The notes below the pieces were generated by a model, which worked only from the letters and a program-made list of their open reading frames with translations, searched no databases and had not been told where the DNA came from. A stretch of 64,000 nucleotides of DNA, from the NCBI GenBank assembly GCA_030980935.1, contig GCA_030980935.1_3059.1. One strand, written 5' to 3'. This stretch comes from a phage. The translations under genes and the position numbers were made by a program. Each line of letters begins with the position of its first letter. The first letter of the stretch is position 1. This document shows, one piece after another, positions 41,162 to 52,008 of this stretch.

Positions 41162-42121
41162 TCACTTCCACTGCATTTCACATGCTAACTGAATGAAAAG
41201 ATAAGCTAGATGCAATTCAGTATTAGCTGCAATACCATGATACTGATTATTTTCGCCGACAATTTCGTACATACGAATAATACTTTGTGGAGTTACACGT
41301 GAATAGATTTCTTCGGCAAGTTTACCCACGAACCACGAATAATCGGCTGCGTATTTTGGTGCTAAAGCTCTGAGTTGTTTAACATCTTTATTTTTGAGAG
41401 ACTCAAGAACATCATCAATAGCACCACGATCGTTAGTAACCAGTGATAAAATACCAGCATCCAAAACACCTTTAGATGAATAACTATCGAGCTCGCCAAT
41501 AGTTTTACGAAAATCAGGAAAATTCTTTTTAACCAAAGCTGCTACAACTTTCATATCAGCTATAGCAATTCCTTCATGCTTACAGATTTCAGTCAACCGA
41601 CGAATCATCTGCTTCATCATTTCAATTTTATCTTCATCGGTCGGTTGACCGAATGTGATAACTCGACAGCGTGACTGAAGCGGTTTAATAATACCATCAA
41701 TATTGTTAGCAGTAATAATAATACTACAGTTTGAACTATAAGCTTCCATAAAGGAACGAAGATGTCGCTGAGATTCTGCTAAACCTGAACGGTCAAATTC
41801 ATCAATAACAATTACCTTTTGACGACCATCAAATGAAGCGGCGCTGGCAAAATTAGTCAAAGGACCACGAACGAAATCAATTTTACAATCTGATCCATTC
41901 ACAAACATCATATCAGCATTTACATCATGACACAATGCTTTTGCTACAGTTGTTTTACCTGTTCCTGGAGAAGGAGAATGAAGAATAATATGTGGAATCT
42001 TACCTTTACTTGTAATAGATTTAAAGGTTTCTTTATCAAAGGCGGGAAGAATACATTCATCGATAGTAGATGGACGATATTTCTGTTCAAGAATGTGTTC
42101 TTTTTCATTTACGGTAATCAT
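41162..42121 (-). CDS. 44: Clamp loader ATPase subunit gp44
   Basis: AAA+ Walker A SPGTGKTT; trimmed to MITVNEKEH... start. Confidence 0.85.
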
Positions 42122-42154
42122 AATTTCCTCATTCAAGTTTTAGTGTAAATTATA

Positions 42155-42170
42155 AAGGGCCGAAGCCCTC
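42155..42170 (-). terminator. UUCG-tetraloop hairpin after gene 45
   Basis: GGGC cgaa GCCC. Confidence 0.5.
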
Positions 42171-42172
42171 TA

Positions 42173-42859
42173 TTAAAAATCGTGGGTAGAATCAGCTTCA
42201 AGAGCTACTACATAATTCGCGTGTTCACCTTCAAATTTAGCAGCACCCTGTTTACCTTTTGCCCAAAGCAGAAGTTTGTAATTTCCTGGTTGCATTTTCA
42301 TATTTGCCATATTGATAATGAAATTAAATGTATTTTCACCATCATAATCACCAAGAGTCAAAGAATATTTAACGCGGGTCAAAGCAGAATCTTCTACTTT
42401 ATTAAAACCGTTAATTACGATTTTACCTTCTTTTACCGTGATAGCAATTGTATCAATTTGCAGACCACGAGATACACGCAACAGTTGTTGAAGGTCTTCA
42501 GCTTTAATTTCAGTAACAACAGATGCTACCGGGAATGGAATTGGTTTATTAGGAGCAACTACTGTACTCGGATCGGCTGCTGGCCAAAAAATTGTTGAGC
42601 GGGCATCAGCAATTTTAATATTTCCATCTTCTGACTGGGAAATTTCTGCATCATCATTAACTAGAGACAGAATACCGAGAAAACCGTTCAAATCGTAAAT
42701 TGCTACATCAAAATCAATAACGTCAGAAATATTTGCTTCCGCATAAGTTGTACCATTAACCGCACGAGTCATAATAAATTGACCGGATTTAAGCATAATA
42801 CCGGAGTTAATAGTAGCGAAATTTTTAAGCAGAGCAGTAGTATCTTTAGACAGTTTCAT
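42173..42859 (-). CDS. 45: Sliding clamp gp45
   Basis: 228 aa, MKLSKDTTALLKNFATINSGIML... Confidence 0.9.
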   Translation of the reverse strand: MKLSKDTTALLKNFATINSGIMLKSGQFIMTRAVNGTTYAEANISDVIDFDVAIYDLNGFLGILSLVNDDAEISQSEDGNIKIADARSTIFWPAADPSTVVAPNKPIPFPVASVVTEIKAEDLQQLLRVSRGLQIDTIAITVKEGKIVINGFNKVEDSALTRVKYSLTLGDYDGENTFNFIINMANMKMQPGNYKLLLWAKGKQGAAKFEGEHANYVVALEADSTHDF

Positions 42860-42914
42860 GTAATTTCCTTCAATTCAAATGAGATTTAATTTTATAACTA
42901 ATTTAATAAAGCAA

Positions 42915-43304
42915 TTAACGATTAAAATCAGCTGCGATTGTTTCGGCAACAATTTGAGCAGCAACAATTAGACGTTCATCTGCATTACCACAATAATCAT
43001 CTTCAAGGCGTTCACCACATGAAGTCATAATAAATTTAGCACCGGCGTTTAGGGATTCTGCAGTATGTTTGCGCATTAGTTCAATCCATTTATTACTTAC
43101 TTCACGATCGATAGCTTCATAATACGCATGACGAGCAGGTGCAGATTTAATTTTGTTCTGAATAACTTCCATTGCGTTATCAGAAAGAGACAAAACCCAT
43201 GCGCGACGAATTTTATTTTGGTTTTGCGGATTTGAGTCAGAACGCACGTGTTTTGGCTGAATATCTTTTACATCAACAGTATAATTCACAGTAATTTTAG
43301 TCAT
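42915..43304 (-). CDS. rpbA: RNA polymerase binding protein RpbA
   Basis: 129 aa, position after gene 45. Confidence 0.65.
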   Translation of the reverse strand: MTKITVNYTVDVKDIQPKHVRSDSNPQNQNKIRRAWVLSLSDNAMEVIQNKIKSAPARHAYYEAIDREVSNKWIELMRKHTAESLNAGAKFIMTSCGERLEDDYCGNADERLIVAAQIVAETIAADFNR

Positions 43305-43313
43305 AATACACCT

Positions 43314-43502
43314 TTAGTCATAATAATCAGTAACAGTCCAAGCTTCATTTCTATTGGACATTATTTTTGTATATTCTGCTTTAAATGCATTCCTAAGCAT
43401 AGATTCAGTAACTATATGCTCTTCATTAGAAAAATTATTTCTCAGAATATATCGTTTTATTTCAGGAAAAGTTAATAGATGCTGTCCAGTTGAATATTCC
43501 AT
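43314..43502 (-). CDS. Hypothetical protein (62 aa)
   Basis: Track ORF. Confidence 0.45.
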   Translation of the reverse strand: MEYSTGQHLLTFPEIKRYILRNNFSNEEHIVTESMLRNAFKAEYTKIMSNRNEAWTVTDYYD

Positions 43503-43557
43503 GTTTTTCCTCCATAGAGATTATACTCTAATAAATTAAAGCATAATCTCTTATAAA

Positions 43558-45240
43558 TTAAACTATTACAGTAAATCGACCAACTTTCTTCATTTGAAGA
43601 TGCTGACCATATGCTTGTGGGTCATGGTCTCTATGCGAAATAACAAAAACATTAGTATTTTTTAAACTATCTAAAATAGTTGAAATAGCTTTTACACCTT
43701 CAACGTCGGTCGCTGAATCAAAAACTTCATCAAGAATTAGTGTGTTTATTTTAACACCTGAAACTTTTTCAGCAATATCACGCCAAGTAAATAAAAGAGC
43801 AATATCAATTCGCGCTTTTTCACCTTGACTGAATGAAGCATAACTAAAATCTTCGCGACCACGGGATTTAATTGTCTCATTAAATTCTTCATCTAATGTA
43901 AACACATAATCCGCTTCCATTATTTTAAGATAATGGTTAATCTGCTTATTAAATAATGGAATGTACTTTTTAATAATAGCACCTTTAATACCAGAATCTT
44001 TGAGCATATCAGTCAAAATTCCTCGGTGGTATTTTTCCATTACTAAATTAGTTTTTGTCTTAACAATTTTATCAAGTTCTTCTTGAAGCAGTGCTATTTC
44101 ATCAGCATGGTCAATAAACTCAGAAGATGCTTTTTCTATAGCTGCTTTAACTTTTTTAGCTTTATCTACCGTCGTGATTAGAGATTGCTTTTTATTGCGA
44201 ATATCATTTGCCAACGACTGCTGAGTTTTAATATTATCTCGGTATTCATCAACAAGAACCTTTAAATTATCACGGTGTGTTGAAAGCTGTTCAAACGAAT
44301 GCGTACATTCAGAAACTTTATCTTTAATTTTAGAAACAACTTTATCACCGGAACTTAATTGCGACAAACAGGTTGGACATAATCCACCTTCGTGATACAT
44401 ATTAATGACTTTATTGTACGAGTCAATTTTTGATTTAATTAAAACTGCTTCTTGACCGATTTTATTAAATGCATCAGTCGGGTCTTCGTCTAAAACAATA
44501 TTAACTAATCTTTCATTAGCTTCTTCTATTTTCGATTTTAGCGTTCTAGCTTCTTTTGCCAAATCATCATACATATTTTGCAGACGAGTAAGATTGTCAC
44601 CCGTTAATTTTTTCTGGCGTTCAACGTTATCATTATATATTTTAATTTGTTGGATAATACTATCTTTTTTAACATCAAGCACTTGGTTCTGCGAATTTAA
44701 TTCGCGTATTAGTGCTTTATTAAGCTTATCCATTTCAGCTAATGTTCCTACCTCAAGCAGGTCTTCCACAAGCTTTCTTCGCGCAGGGGTCGACAAACCC
44801 ATGAAAGGGGTATACCCTGCTGTACCAAGGACAACAATCTGCTTGAAACTGGCATATGACATTCCGATAAGCTGTTCAAATTCTGCTTGGAAATCTTTAC
44901 TGCTGGCAGATTCATTAAGACGTGTACCGTTAACGGTGATTTCGAAAACGTTTGGTTTTTGTCCTCTTTTGATATAGTACTTTTTCTCATCATATTCCAT
45001 CCACAGTTCAACTAAAAGTTCTTTCTTATTTGTGCTGTTTATTAATTGACCTTTCTTTACATCACGAAATGGCTTGCCAAAAAGCCCAAATGTGATGGCT
45101 TCTAACATAGTAGACTTACCACCGCCATTTCGTCCAGTAATAAGAGTTTTTTGAACCCTATCTAATTGAATGTCAATAGGATTTCCACCTACTGACATTA
45201 TATTTTGATACCTAACTCGGTTTAGTTTAAAATTCTTCAC
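43558..45240 (-). CDS. 46: Recombination nuclease subunit gp46 (Rad50/SbcC-like ATPase)
   Basis: 560 aa; Walker A GRNGGGKST; coiled-coil middle; CPTC zinc hook. Confidence 0.9.
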   Translation of the reverse strand: MKNFKLNRVRYQNIMSVGGNPIDIQLDRVQKTLITGRNGGGKSTMLEAITFGLFGKPFRDVKKGQLINSTNKKELLVELWMEYDEKKYYIKRGQKPNVFEITVNGTRLNESASSKDFQAEFEQLIGMSYASFKQIVVLGTAGYTPFMGLSTPARRKLVEDLLEVGTLAEMDKLNKALIRELNSQNQVLDVKKDSIIQQIKIYNDNVERQKKLTGDNLTRLQNMYDDLAKEARTLKSKIEEANERLVNIVLDEDPTDAFNKIGQEAVLIKSKIDSYNKVINMYHEGGLCPTCLSQLSSGDKVVSKIKDKVSECTHSFEQLSTHRDNLKVLVDEYRDNIKTQQSLANDIRNKKQSLITTVDKAKKVKAAIEKASSEFIDHADEIALLQEELDKIVKTKTNLVMEKYHRGILTDMLKDSGIKGAIIKKYIPLFNKQINHYLKIMEADYVFTLDEEFNETIKSRGREDFSYASFSQGEKARIDIALLFTWRDIAEKVSGVKINTLILDEVFDSATDVEGVKAISTILDSLKNTNVFVISHRDHDPQAYGQHLQMKKVGRFTVIV

Positions 45241-45500
45241 AAAAGATTCCTTTTAATGTATCTTTTAGACCATTCTATCATATCATCATAATCTAAAAAG
45301 TATTCATCAAATTCAGCCATGCAAACAACGCCTTGTGCTGCTTTTGATGTGATATAAATTATTCCAACATATCTAGAATCTTCTTCGGTATAATCAATGT
45401 TTGCTATGAATTCATCATTAATGTCAAATGTCGAAAACTTCACAGTATGCATCCTTAATACAAGATACAGCCATATCTCGTAATGATTTAGGTGTGTCAT
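45237..45500 (-). CDS. Hypothetical protein (87 aa)
   Basis: Track ORF. Confidence 0.45.
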   Translation of the reverse strand: MTHLNHYEIWLYLVLRMHTVKFSTFDINDEFIANIDYTEEDSRYVGIIYITSKAAQGVVCMAEFDEYFLDYDDMIEWSKRYIKRNLL

Positions 45501-45687
45501 TATCTAAAATGTTGAAGTTAAAAGATACAGCCCAGTCAGTGCAGACTGTAACCTTTTTAATACAATTATCTTCAACCTCTAACGGTTCAAACCAATATTC
45601 AATAATTTCTTTATGACCAATATCATCTTTTACTTCGCATTCAAAATGCTGACTCATCATAACATTTTTAAATTCATCAAAAGTCAT
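45424..45687 (-). CDS. Hypothetical protein (87 aa)
   Basis: Track ORF; overlaps previous, start may be internal. Confidence 0.45.
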   Translation of the reverse strand: MTFDEFKNVMMSQHFECEVKDDIGHKEIIEYWFEPLEVEDNCIKKVTVCTDWAVSFNFNILDNDTPKSLRDMAVSCIKDAYCEVFDI

Positions 45688-46703
45688 TGTGTTGCCTCTA
45701 CATATAGCTGATTCGCATATTGAATAAGTGCTTCACGGTCAGAATCAGTGATGTCTGGAATTGCATTAATGTATTCTTCCATTAACGTCTGAAGAGATTG
45801 AACTTCAACTTCTTCACTGTCATCTGACTCGACAGAGTTATCAATTTTTGACACAACTCGTAATGAATGCACAACTTTTTCTAGTTCAGATTCGAACTTC
45901 GTCAGATTTTTGTCTACTTCAGTTACTATAACACGTACTGATAAATTTGTAAAATCTTTATAGTCAATTTTTCCTTTAAATGGATAATGAATTCTACGAT
46001 GCCAGGTAGTATTGTTTGGAATAAATTCCATTCGTTCTGTTTCTGTATCAAACATCCAGAACCCACGAGGGTCATTCTCGTCACCTGCAGTTAGTGTCCA
46101 TGGTGTCCCAATATATCTGACGTTAGCAGCCTCAGAGATAGTATGGAAGTGACCAGACCACACCTCTTTATAAGTCTTAAGGAAATCAGGTTCAAGACCA
46201 TGAGATTTCATTCCTTTATAAAAATAAAATCCATTCAGCTCCCAGTGACCAACACAAAAAGAAGCAGATGAAGTTTTGATGTGTTCAAGAATTTCACCAG
46301 TATTTTCTTCACACATCCAAGGAATTAAATCAATTAAACATCCGTCAAAATCTACTGTAGTAGGCTTATCATATACTTTAACATTAGGATATTTAGCCAA
46401 AAGCTCAGTAGAGGCATTTGGAGTTAAAGTATTTTTAAAGTGCATATCATGGTTTCCTACAACAGTATGTAGGGTAATACCAGCATCATCAAGCATTTGA
46501 ACTATTTCACGAGCAAACTCCATAGTTTTATGCGTGATTGCTTTTCGCACATCAAAAATATCGCCGTATTGAATCCAGGTAGTAATTCCATTTTTCTTAG
46601 AATATTCTATTGCTTGTTTAATTCCATCCAACTGAATGGATTGAACCCACTCATCATCGGCTTTAACGCCTAAATGCCAATCACCTAAATTTAAAATTTT
46701 CAT
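45684..46703 (-). CDS. 47: Recombination nuclease subunit gp47 (Mre11/SbcD-like)
   Basis: 339 aa; calcineurin-like phosphoesterase motifs (GDWH, GNHD). Confidence 0.9.
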   Translation of the reverse strand: MKILNLGDWHLGVKADDEWVQSIQLDGIKQAIEYSKKNGITTWIQYGDIFDVRKAITHKTMEFAREIVQMLDDAGITLHTVVGNHDMHFKNTLTPNASTELLAKYPNVKVYDKPTTVDFDGCLIDLIPWMCEENTGEILEHIKTSSASFCVGHWELNGFYFYKGMKSHGLEPDFLKTYKEVWSGHFHTISEAANVRYIGTPWTLTAGDENDPRGFWMFDTETERMEFIPNNTTWHRRIHYPFKGKIDYKDFTNLSVRVIVTEVDKNLTKFESELEKVVHSLRVVSKIDNSVESDDSEEVEVQSLQTLMEEYINAIPDITDSDREALIQYANQLYVEATQ

Positions 46704-46840
46704 ATATCAAGAACCGTCATTGAAATGCAAAATAAAATTATTGAAATAAATCCATCTGGAGTGCTAAAGAACCCAATCCAACATGCTCTAGCGAATAGAT
46801 AAAATGCGAGAAAAAGTATCACATATCCAAGAAATATCAT
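46700..46840 (-). CDS. Small membrane peptide (46 aa)
   Basis: Hand-translated hydrophobic ORF; stop overlaps gene 47 start. Confidence 0.35.
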   Translation of the reverse strand: MIFLGYVILFLAFYLFARACWIGFFSTPDGFISIILFCISMTVLDI

Positions 46841-46864
46841 TATATCAAACTCCGTATAAAGCTA

Positions 46865-46881
46865 AAGGGCCGAAGCCCTTT
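46865..46881 (-). terminator. UUCG-tetraloop hairpin after alpha-gt
   Basis: GGGC cgaa GCCC overlapping the stop codon. Confidence 0.5.
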
Positions 46882-48082
46882 ATTTTGTAATAATGTCAAA
46901 CTGTTCTTTAAAGCAGAAGCTTGAATCTTGGTGCTGATACAAAAATTCATATGCTTTTTCTCGCTCACGGTCATAAAGAGCTCGGTCAGATGACAGTTCT
47001 TTAATACGTTCAAATGTTGATTCCATGTCATTTTCATCAAACCAAACGATACCGCTATCATGCGAAATTAGCGGAGTATTATCAACACGGAATTTTAAAT
47101 TTTCGCCAGTAGATTTCCAAAATACCGGAATTGTTCCACATGCACCAAGCTCGAGATGAGTATATTCTAAAGAACGTTGTAGATATTTTTTATCCAACTT
47201 ACTCAACTGATAACCAAAACCGGATTTACTCATACGTTCAAGCATTTCGCTATTTACATAACGGTCAAGAATTTGCGTTGGCAAATTAGGAGCAATTTTA
47301 ATTTGGTCTACTTGATGAAGACGATAATACTCGTATGGAATTCCTTTTTCTTTAATAGGAATGAACGCTGGAGAACGTTCCAGACCTTCCATAATAGTAC
47401 TTAGTCCTGCAGGTTTAAGATGTTTTTCGTGAAAATCAAACATCTGATAAAAACCTTTCCATGTAGTCGTACGACCAATCCAACGGTTGATATTCATGTT
47501 AATTTCAGAAACATCTTTCCAGTAGGTTGATCGAACCTTCGCAATATCCATAGGAGGCTGAAAGTTATATACGGTCGGTGCTTCTTCAATATCATCAAAC
47601 AGAGAAACTGTTTCTGGATACCATTCTTTCATCAAAACTTTATTAAAATCGCCATTATCAGAATGACTAAAAATAACATCAGCTCGACGAACAGTTTCTT
47701 CTAATCCCAAATTTCGACGCAAAGAAAGAGAAGAATGGTCATGCTGATAAACTACAACACGAACAGAAGGTTTAATGTTATCAATAATTTTTTTATAGTT
47801 ATTAATAGTGTCTTCTTCAACCGAAGTAGCAGGAACTGAATTGATAATTAGAATATCACAATCATTTACCAGCTTAAGTGTTTTATCGTATTCTTTTGCC
47901 AATAAAACCGGAATTGAAAATGATTTATAATCATGCGCGCAATTACGAGTAAATGATTTATCTTTAGCATAAACCAAAGTCACTTCATGACCATTTTTAA
48001 TAAACCAATCACGTTGCTCAAGAGAAAATTTAGTTACACCGCAACCTTCAAGACCTCGAGCCATAAAAATGCATACTTTCAT
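46880..48082 (-). CDS. DNA alpha-glucosyltransferase
   Basis: 400 aa, MKVCIFMARGLEGCGVTKFSLEQRDWFIKNGHEVT..., GT-B-like; matches T4 alpha-gt. Confidence 0.85.
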   Translation of the reverse strand: MKVCIFMARGLEGCGVTKFSLEQRDWFIKNGHEVTLVYAKDKSFTRNCAHDYKSFSIPVLLAKEYDKTLKLVNDCDILIINSVPATSVEEDTINNYKKIIDNIKPSVRVVVYQHDHSSLSLRRNLGLEETVRRADVIFSHSDNGDFNKVLMKEWYPETVSLFDDIEEAPTVYNFQPPMDIAKVRSTYWKDVSEINMNINRWIGRTTTWKGFYQMFDFHEKHLKPAGLSTIMEGLERSPAFIPIKEKGIPYEYYRLHQVDQIKIAPNLPTQILDRYVNSEMLERMSKSGFGYQLSKLDKKYLQRSLEYTHLELGACGTIPVFWKSTGENLKFRVDNTPLISHDSGIVWFDENDMESTFERIKELSSDRALYDREREKAYEFLYQHQDSSFCFKEQFDIITK

Positions 48083-48133
48083 TTAATATCCTCATTGTTT
48101 TGGTTTATTTTACCAAAAATTTGTAAAGCAATA

Positions 48134-48151
48134 TAGGAGCCGAAGCTCCTA
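48134..48151 (-). terminator. UUCG-tetraloop hairpin
   Basis: GGAGC cgaa GCTCC. Confidence 0.45.
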
Positions 48152-48325
48152 TCCGCATAATACACCATACAGAGGCTCATTAGAGCTTCTAAATTTAATA
48201 CGCTTATATGTTATAGTTCCTTCTGCTTTAGCTTTATCATGAGATTCTTTAAAGCGTCTCATCATTTCTACTTTAGAGGAACGAATTTTATTATAATCTA
48301 TTTCACAAGTCTGGGCGTTCATCTT

Positions 48326-48532
48326 TCATAACTGCCACCATTTTTTGACTTGATAGGAATCAACCCACACTTTCATATTAGGGTCTGCTCTTACAATAGG
48401 AGGATTAACTTCTTTAATTGAACTATCGTGGTATTCTTTTTCAGAAATTTTCACGCAAAGATGACCATTCAAAGATTCAGTAAATCCTGCATTAATTTTA
48501 AGACGCTTGAATTTTACGCGTGTAAGCATCAA
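48326..48532 (-). CDS. Hypothetical protein (68 aa)
   Basis: Track ORF. Confidence 0.4.
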   Translation of the reverse strand: MMLTRVKFKRLKINAGFTESLNGHLCVKISEKEYHDSSIKEVNPPIVRADPNMKVWVDSYQVKKWWQL

Positions 48533-48815
48533 TCATATCCTCAATCTGCGATCTAGTAGTCTTCCAAAGAATACTAATGAGTTCATCGTTATATGGCTGT
48601 TTTAGAATATCCCGACTTTTCTTGATAGCATATTCGTATTGAGCAAAATTATTGTTTTCAGCTGCAGTCTGAGCGTGTTTATAAAGACGGTTCAGTTCGC
48701 GTTTATTTTTAGACAATAACTTATTTGCTTTTCTTTCTGCTTCAAGACGGTTCTTTTCTTCAATAGAAGAAATAAGCTTTTCCACTTCATCATTAATTTC
48801 GGGTTTATCAGTCAT
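48498..48815 (-). CDS. Hypothetical protein (105 aa)
   Basis: Track ORF. Confidence 0.45.
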   Translation of the reverse strand: MTDKPEINDEVEKLISSIEEKNRLEAERKANKLLSKNKRELNRLYKHAQTAAENNNFAQYEYAIKKSRDILKQPYNDELISILWKTTRSQIEDMIDAYTRKIQAS

Positions 48816-48816
48816 A

Positions 48817-49035
48817 TTATTTCTCTAATATAAAATAAAAATCATCATCTGTTAAATGATACCGATAGTTTAATTCTACACCATTAGATTTAAAAGCGGT
48901 ATCATACGGATTTTCTGGATCAATATCAATGTCAAGAGCTAAAACTTCCCTGAGATACATTTTAAGTAAATAGGGAATAGCTTCAACTTCAGGTATTTCT
49001 TCCAAGAATCCGGAGAGGTTAATCGTTAGCCTCAT
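48817..49035 (-). CDS. Hypothetical protein (72 aa)
   Basis: Track ORF. Confidence 0.45.
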
Positions 49036-49576
49036 ATAAAAAATCCAAACTAGGAGAATCGTCTACAACACTTTTCTTTTCAGCCCCCGGTGTTCTATAG
49101 GTTGATTCTTCGTAATGCGTCATTTTATCGTAGATGTCTTGAATAAAAGTTTCATCTACTAACGCAACCATATCGTCGTCACGACTGTCATAGACATTGT
49201 GAACGAAGTAACTGTATTTCTTTGCAACTTCCTTACGTTCTTTTTTAATACGCTGGACGAATGCATTAAAACAAGCTTGAGTTATATACGCATGTGGGTT
49301 TTTATATTTCGTTTCATCAAAATTATGAAGCCCCTTAATAGAAGCTTCTATACCATCTGCAATCATTTCTTGTTTCCAAGACTGGGTGTATCCTGAAAAG
49401 TTGAAACGTTTAGATAAGCCTTCTGCAATAAGCATAATGGCTAATCCGATAGTATCATTCTGACGAACTACTTTATTTGGGTCTTTATTATTTGCTAATT
49501 CTGTTTTCCAATCAATAATAGCTTGTAAAAGCTCTTTATTGTTTACGTAATTATATTTAGGCTTAGTTTCTGACAT
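49019..49576 (-). CDS. 55: Late sigma factor gp55
   Basis: Trimmed to [24 protein letters not shown]... start. Confidence 0.85.
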
Positions 49577-49654
49577 TTTCACCTCTTAGCTCAATTCATA
49601 GATCTATTATATCATAATATTTGAAGATCTATCTTAAAGCATAGAGGATATCAG

Positions 49655-49924
49655 TTATCTAAGTAAACAGTATGCTTGGAACACTTTTTCCATCATCTTT
49701 TTAAATTCATGAATATCTATATAATGACTAGTTAAATCAGCATGATATAAAAAGTCTAAAAACTTTTCATGTGTGCTAGCATATTCGCTTTCATTTAATT
49801 CAGAAACATGGCTTTCCCAATATCCAACACCAGTTTTATTTGGGAAAAATGAAATTTTCATGTATTGGTCAACATAGAAAATTCCATAATTTTCAATAGT
49901 AATAGAAATATTAATAAATTTCAT
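49655..49924 (-). CDS. Hypothetical protein (89 aa)
   Basis: Track ORF. Confidence 0.45.
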   Translation of the reverse strand: MKFINISITIENYGIFYVDQYMKISFFPNKTGVGYWESHVSELNESEYASTHEKFLDFLYHADLTSHYIDIHEFKKMMEKVFQAYCLLR

Positions 49925-50142
49925 ACATTCATCAACTTAGCCGCTTCGAGAGCTGCATCTAGTGAATCAAACTGGTCAACGTATTCAATCAATTCGCCAT
50001 AATTAGCGTATAACCACCATTGGCTAAATTCATACTCAAGGATGAATCCATTTCCTTCAATTTGAGTTAAACCAATGCCATTTGTATTTACTTCATATCC
50101 GGCAAGACGTAAATCGTTAATAAGAGCTTCGTTCATATTCAT
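49921..50142 (-). CDS. Hypothetical protein (73 aa)
   Basis: Track ORF. Confidence 0.45.
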   Translation of the reverse strand: MNMNEALINDLRLAGYEVNTNGIGLTQIEGNGFILEYEFSQWWLYANYGELIEYVDQFDSLDAALEAAKLMNV

Positions 50143-50465
50143 ACCTTAGCAATTTTCAGGTCAGCAAATTTTTTCTTGCGTTGATTTTTCATACGACGAA
50201 TAGTTTTATCGGAAATTTCATGTTTTTGATAAGCTTTAGATTCTACACCAAAAGCTTTAACATCAAATTCTGACAAGATATATTGAACCAACAATTCACG
50301 GACAGTATTTCGTCCAATCTTCTGATCATTCTGTTTCATCGTCTGATGAAGCTCTTTTTCCCATTTATCCAAAATTTGAGGAGTTACAATATCGCCTTTT
50401 TCTAGCAGAGAAACTACTTTATCATATGCATAAGAATTGATGGCGTTTTTAATTTGAATAGTCAT
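50139..50465 (-). CDS. Hypothetical protein (108 aa)
   Basis: Track ORF. Confidence 0.5.
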   Translation of the reverse strand: MTIQIKNAINSYAYDKVVSLLEKGDIVTPQILDKWEKELHQTMKQNDQKIGRNTVRELLVQYILSEFDVKAFGVESKAYQKHEISDKTIRRMKNQRKKKFADLKIAKV

Positions 50466-50503
50466 ACATTATCCTCAATTGCGTTAAAATTTTATTATCC
50501 AAA

Positions 50504-50519
50504 AAGGGCCGAAGCCCTT
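50504..50519 (-). terminator. UUCG-tetraloop hairpin
   Basis: GGGC cgaa GCCC. Confidence 0.5.
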
Positions 50520-50718
50520 AGCTAAACTGTTTGGCACCCTTCCAGCCTTCGTACATCATTGCGGCTGATATTAATATTGCTCCTGAGCAACTTGAATATT
50601 TGTGATTCCAAAACCAGTTTAGAAAAACTTCGTCATCAATACCTTGGGCTATCATATTTTCAAAGAACTGACGACGAGCTTCGGCAATTCGCTGCGATAA
50701 TTTAGATTCAGGATTCAT
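50518..50718 (-). CDS. Hypothetical protein (66 aa)
   Basis: Track ORF; hairpin after stop. Confidence 0.45.
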   Translation of the reverse strand: MNPESKLSQRIAEARRQFFENMIAQGIDDEVFLNWFWNHKYSSCSGAILISAAMMYEGWKGAKQFS

Positions 50719-50850
50719 TTAAATTTCCCAATTACCATTTTCATCAATGAATTTAATCCAGTCATTTACTGACCACTTAGTTGTATCGCCTTTTGGAGTA
50801 ACATTTAAAGTATATAGCCCTTGCTTAAAAAGCATTCGTTTGATATTCAT
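50719..50850 (-). CDS. Small ORF (43 aa)
   Basis: Track ORF 50719..50934 trimmed to internal ATG to avoid overlap with upstream gene. Confidence 0.3.
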   Translation of the reverse strand: MNIKRMLFKQGLYTLNVTPKGDTTKWSVNDWIKFIDENGNWEI

Positions 50851-50857
50851 AATTTCC

Positions 50858-51151
50858 TCAGCTGTAACGATAACACTCGTTTGATTTACGTTTAGCAACT
50901 CGTTGAGAAGTATTATAATCAAAATCATCGTCAATGTAAACTGATTTTTTCAACTTTCTTACTTCACCACGTAATTGGCGATTTAGCTCATCTTTAACTT
51001 CTGAATCAATACCTTTCATTCTACGCCATTTATCTGAGCGAAAAATGTTTTCAACCATATCTTTATGACTTACCCCATCAGGAGCTTTACGCTTTCCGAA
51101 ATAGTCATAATCACGAACTTTCAAGTCTTTACGACGATACGTTTTACCCAT
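50858..51151 (-). CDS. Hypothetical basic protein (about 97 aa)
   Basis: Track ORF 50858..51196 trimmed to internal ATG (MGKTYRRKDL...). Confidence 0.4.
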   Translation of the reverse strand: MGKTYRRKDLKVRDYDYFGKRKAPDGVSHKDMVENIFRSDKWRRMKGIDSEVKDELNRQLRGEVRKLKKSVYIDDDFDYNTSQRVAKRKSNECYRYS

Positions 51152-51326
51152 GGAGTTTAATTTCCTTAGCAACTGAACTAAATACAGCACGATCACAAAT
51201 CATGTGTTTATGTAACTTGAGTATAATATAGCAAACTTCAAAACTATTTACATGAGTAACACGAACAGCATTACCATTAATGAGATAATACTGTCCCTTT
51301 TTAATTTCTTTATCAACCACAACCAT
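51144..51326 (-). CDS. Hypothetical protein (60 aa)
   Basis: Track ORF downstream of early promoter. Confidence 0.4.
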   Translation of the reverse strand: MVVVDKEIKKGQYYLINGNAVRVTHVNSFEVCYIILKLHKHMICDRAVFSSVAKEIKLHG

Positions 51327-51351
51327 ATCAATTCCTCAAAGGTAATTCATG

Positions 51352-51410
51352 TGTTAATAATACCACAGTTTGAGCTCGTTGTAAACAACTTTGTGAAAAT
51401 TATTTTAGGG
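51352..51410 (-). promoter_or_regulatory. T4 early promoter
   Basis: GTTTAC (51381-51386), TGGTATTATTA -10 region, AT-rich UP. Confidence 0.5.
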
Positions 51411-51465
51411 AATGATAAGAAGGGAACGATAGCTTAGAATGGTAATATACAGAATGTAAGAAAGA

Positions 51466-51482
51466 AAGGCCCAGAGGGCCCG
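51466..51482 (-). terminator. Hairpin after nrdH
   Basis: GGCCC aga GGGCC. Confidence 0.45.
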
Positions 51483-51484
51483 TC

Positions 51485-51793
51485 TCAGTCTTCTATGATA
51501 TCTCTATCATATCCAAGTGAAATGAGAGTTTCTTTGAAGTGTTTAATGTTCTTTTGTCTAGAATCATTAATGAAAATGACTGGATAACGAATGTTAAGAG
51601 ATGTGAATCCAGCGCGTTTAGCAAGAGATACAATCAGCGGACGATCATACTCAATCTTACCATTATTTGTAAGAACTTTATAGAAAGTAAAAGGAGCATT
51701 GAGCTCCTTTAGAAGTTTTGTAACTGATTGACATCCAGGACAACGACCTACTTCATCTGGAATTCCATAGACTTCAATCTTGTTTTGTTTCAC
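51485..51793 (-). CDS. nrdH: Glutaredoxin-like protein NrdH
   Basis: 102 aa with CPGC redox motif. Confidence 0.7.
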   Translation of the reverse strand: MKQNKIEVYGIPDEVGRCPGCQSVTKLLKELNAPFTFYKVLTNNGKIEYDRPLIVSLAKRAGFTSLNIRYPVIFINDSRQKNIKHFKETLISLGYDRDIIED

Positions 51794-51795
51794 AA

Positions 51796-52008
51796 CTATT
51801 CCTTACTAAGAGCAGCATTCAGCTTGTTAGTAATTTTATCTAGACGCTTATTGAACTCGCTAGAAGATAAGCCCTTTTCTGGAGAAATCAAACTAATCAC
51901 GAAAAATATAGCAATAAAAGGAATAAGGAAAATAGCTCCAACTGCCATAAACAGAAAGAATGTTACAGTTGTAAGAAAATCAGCTAAACCTTTACGAAAT
52001 TTATACAT
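51796..52008 (-). CDS. Small membrane protein (70 aa)
   Basis: Hydrophobic ORF FLFMAVGAIFLIPFIAIFFVISL. Confidence 0.45.
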   Translation of the reverse strand: MYKFRKGLADFLTTVTFFLFMAVGAIFLIPFIAIFFVISLISPEKGLSSSEFNKRLDKITNKLNAALSKE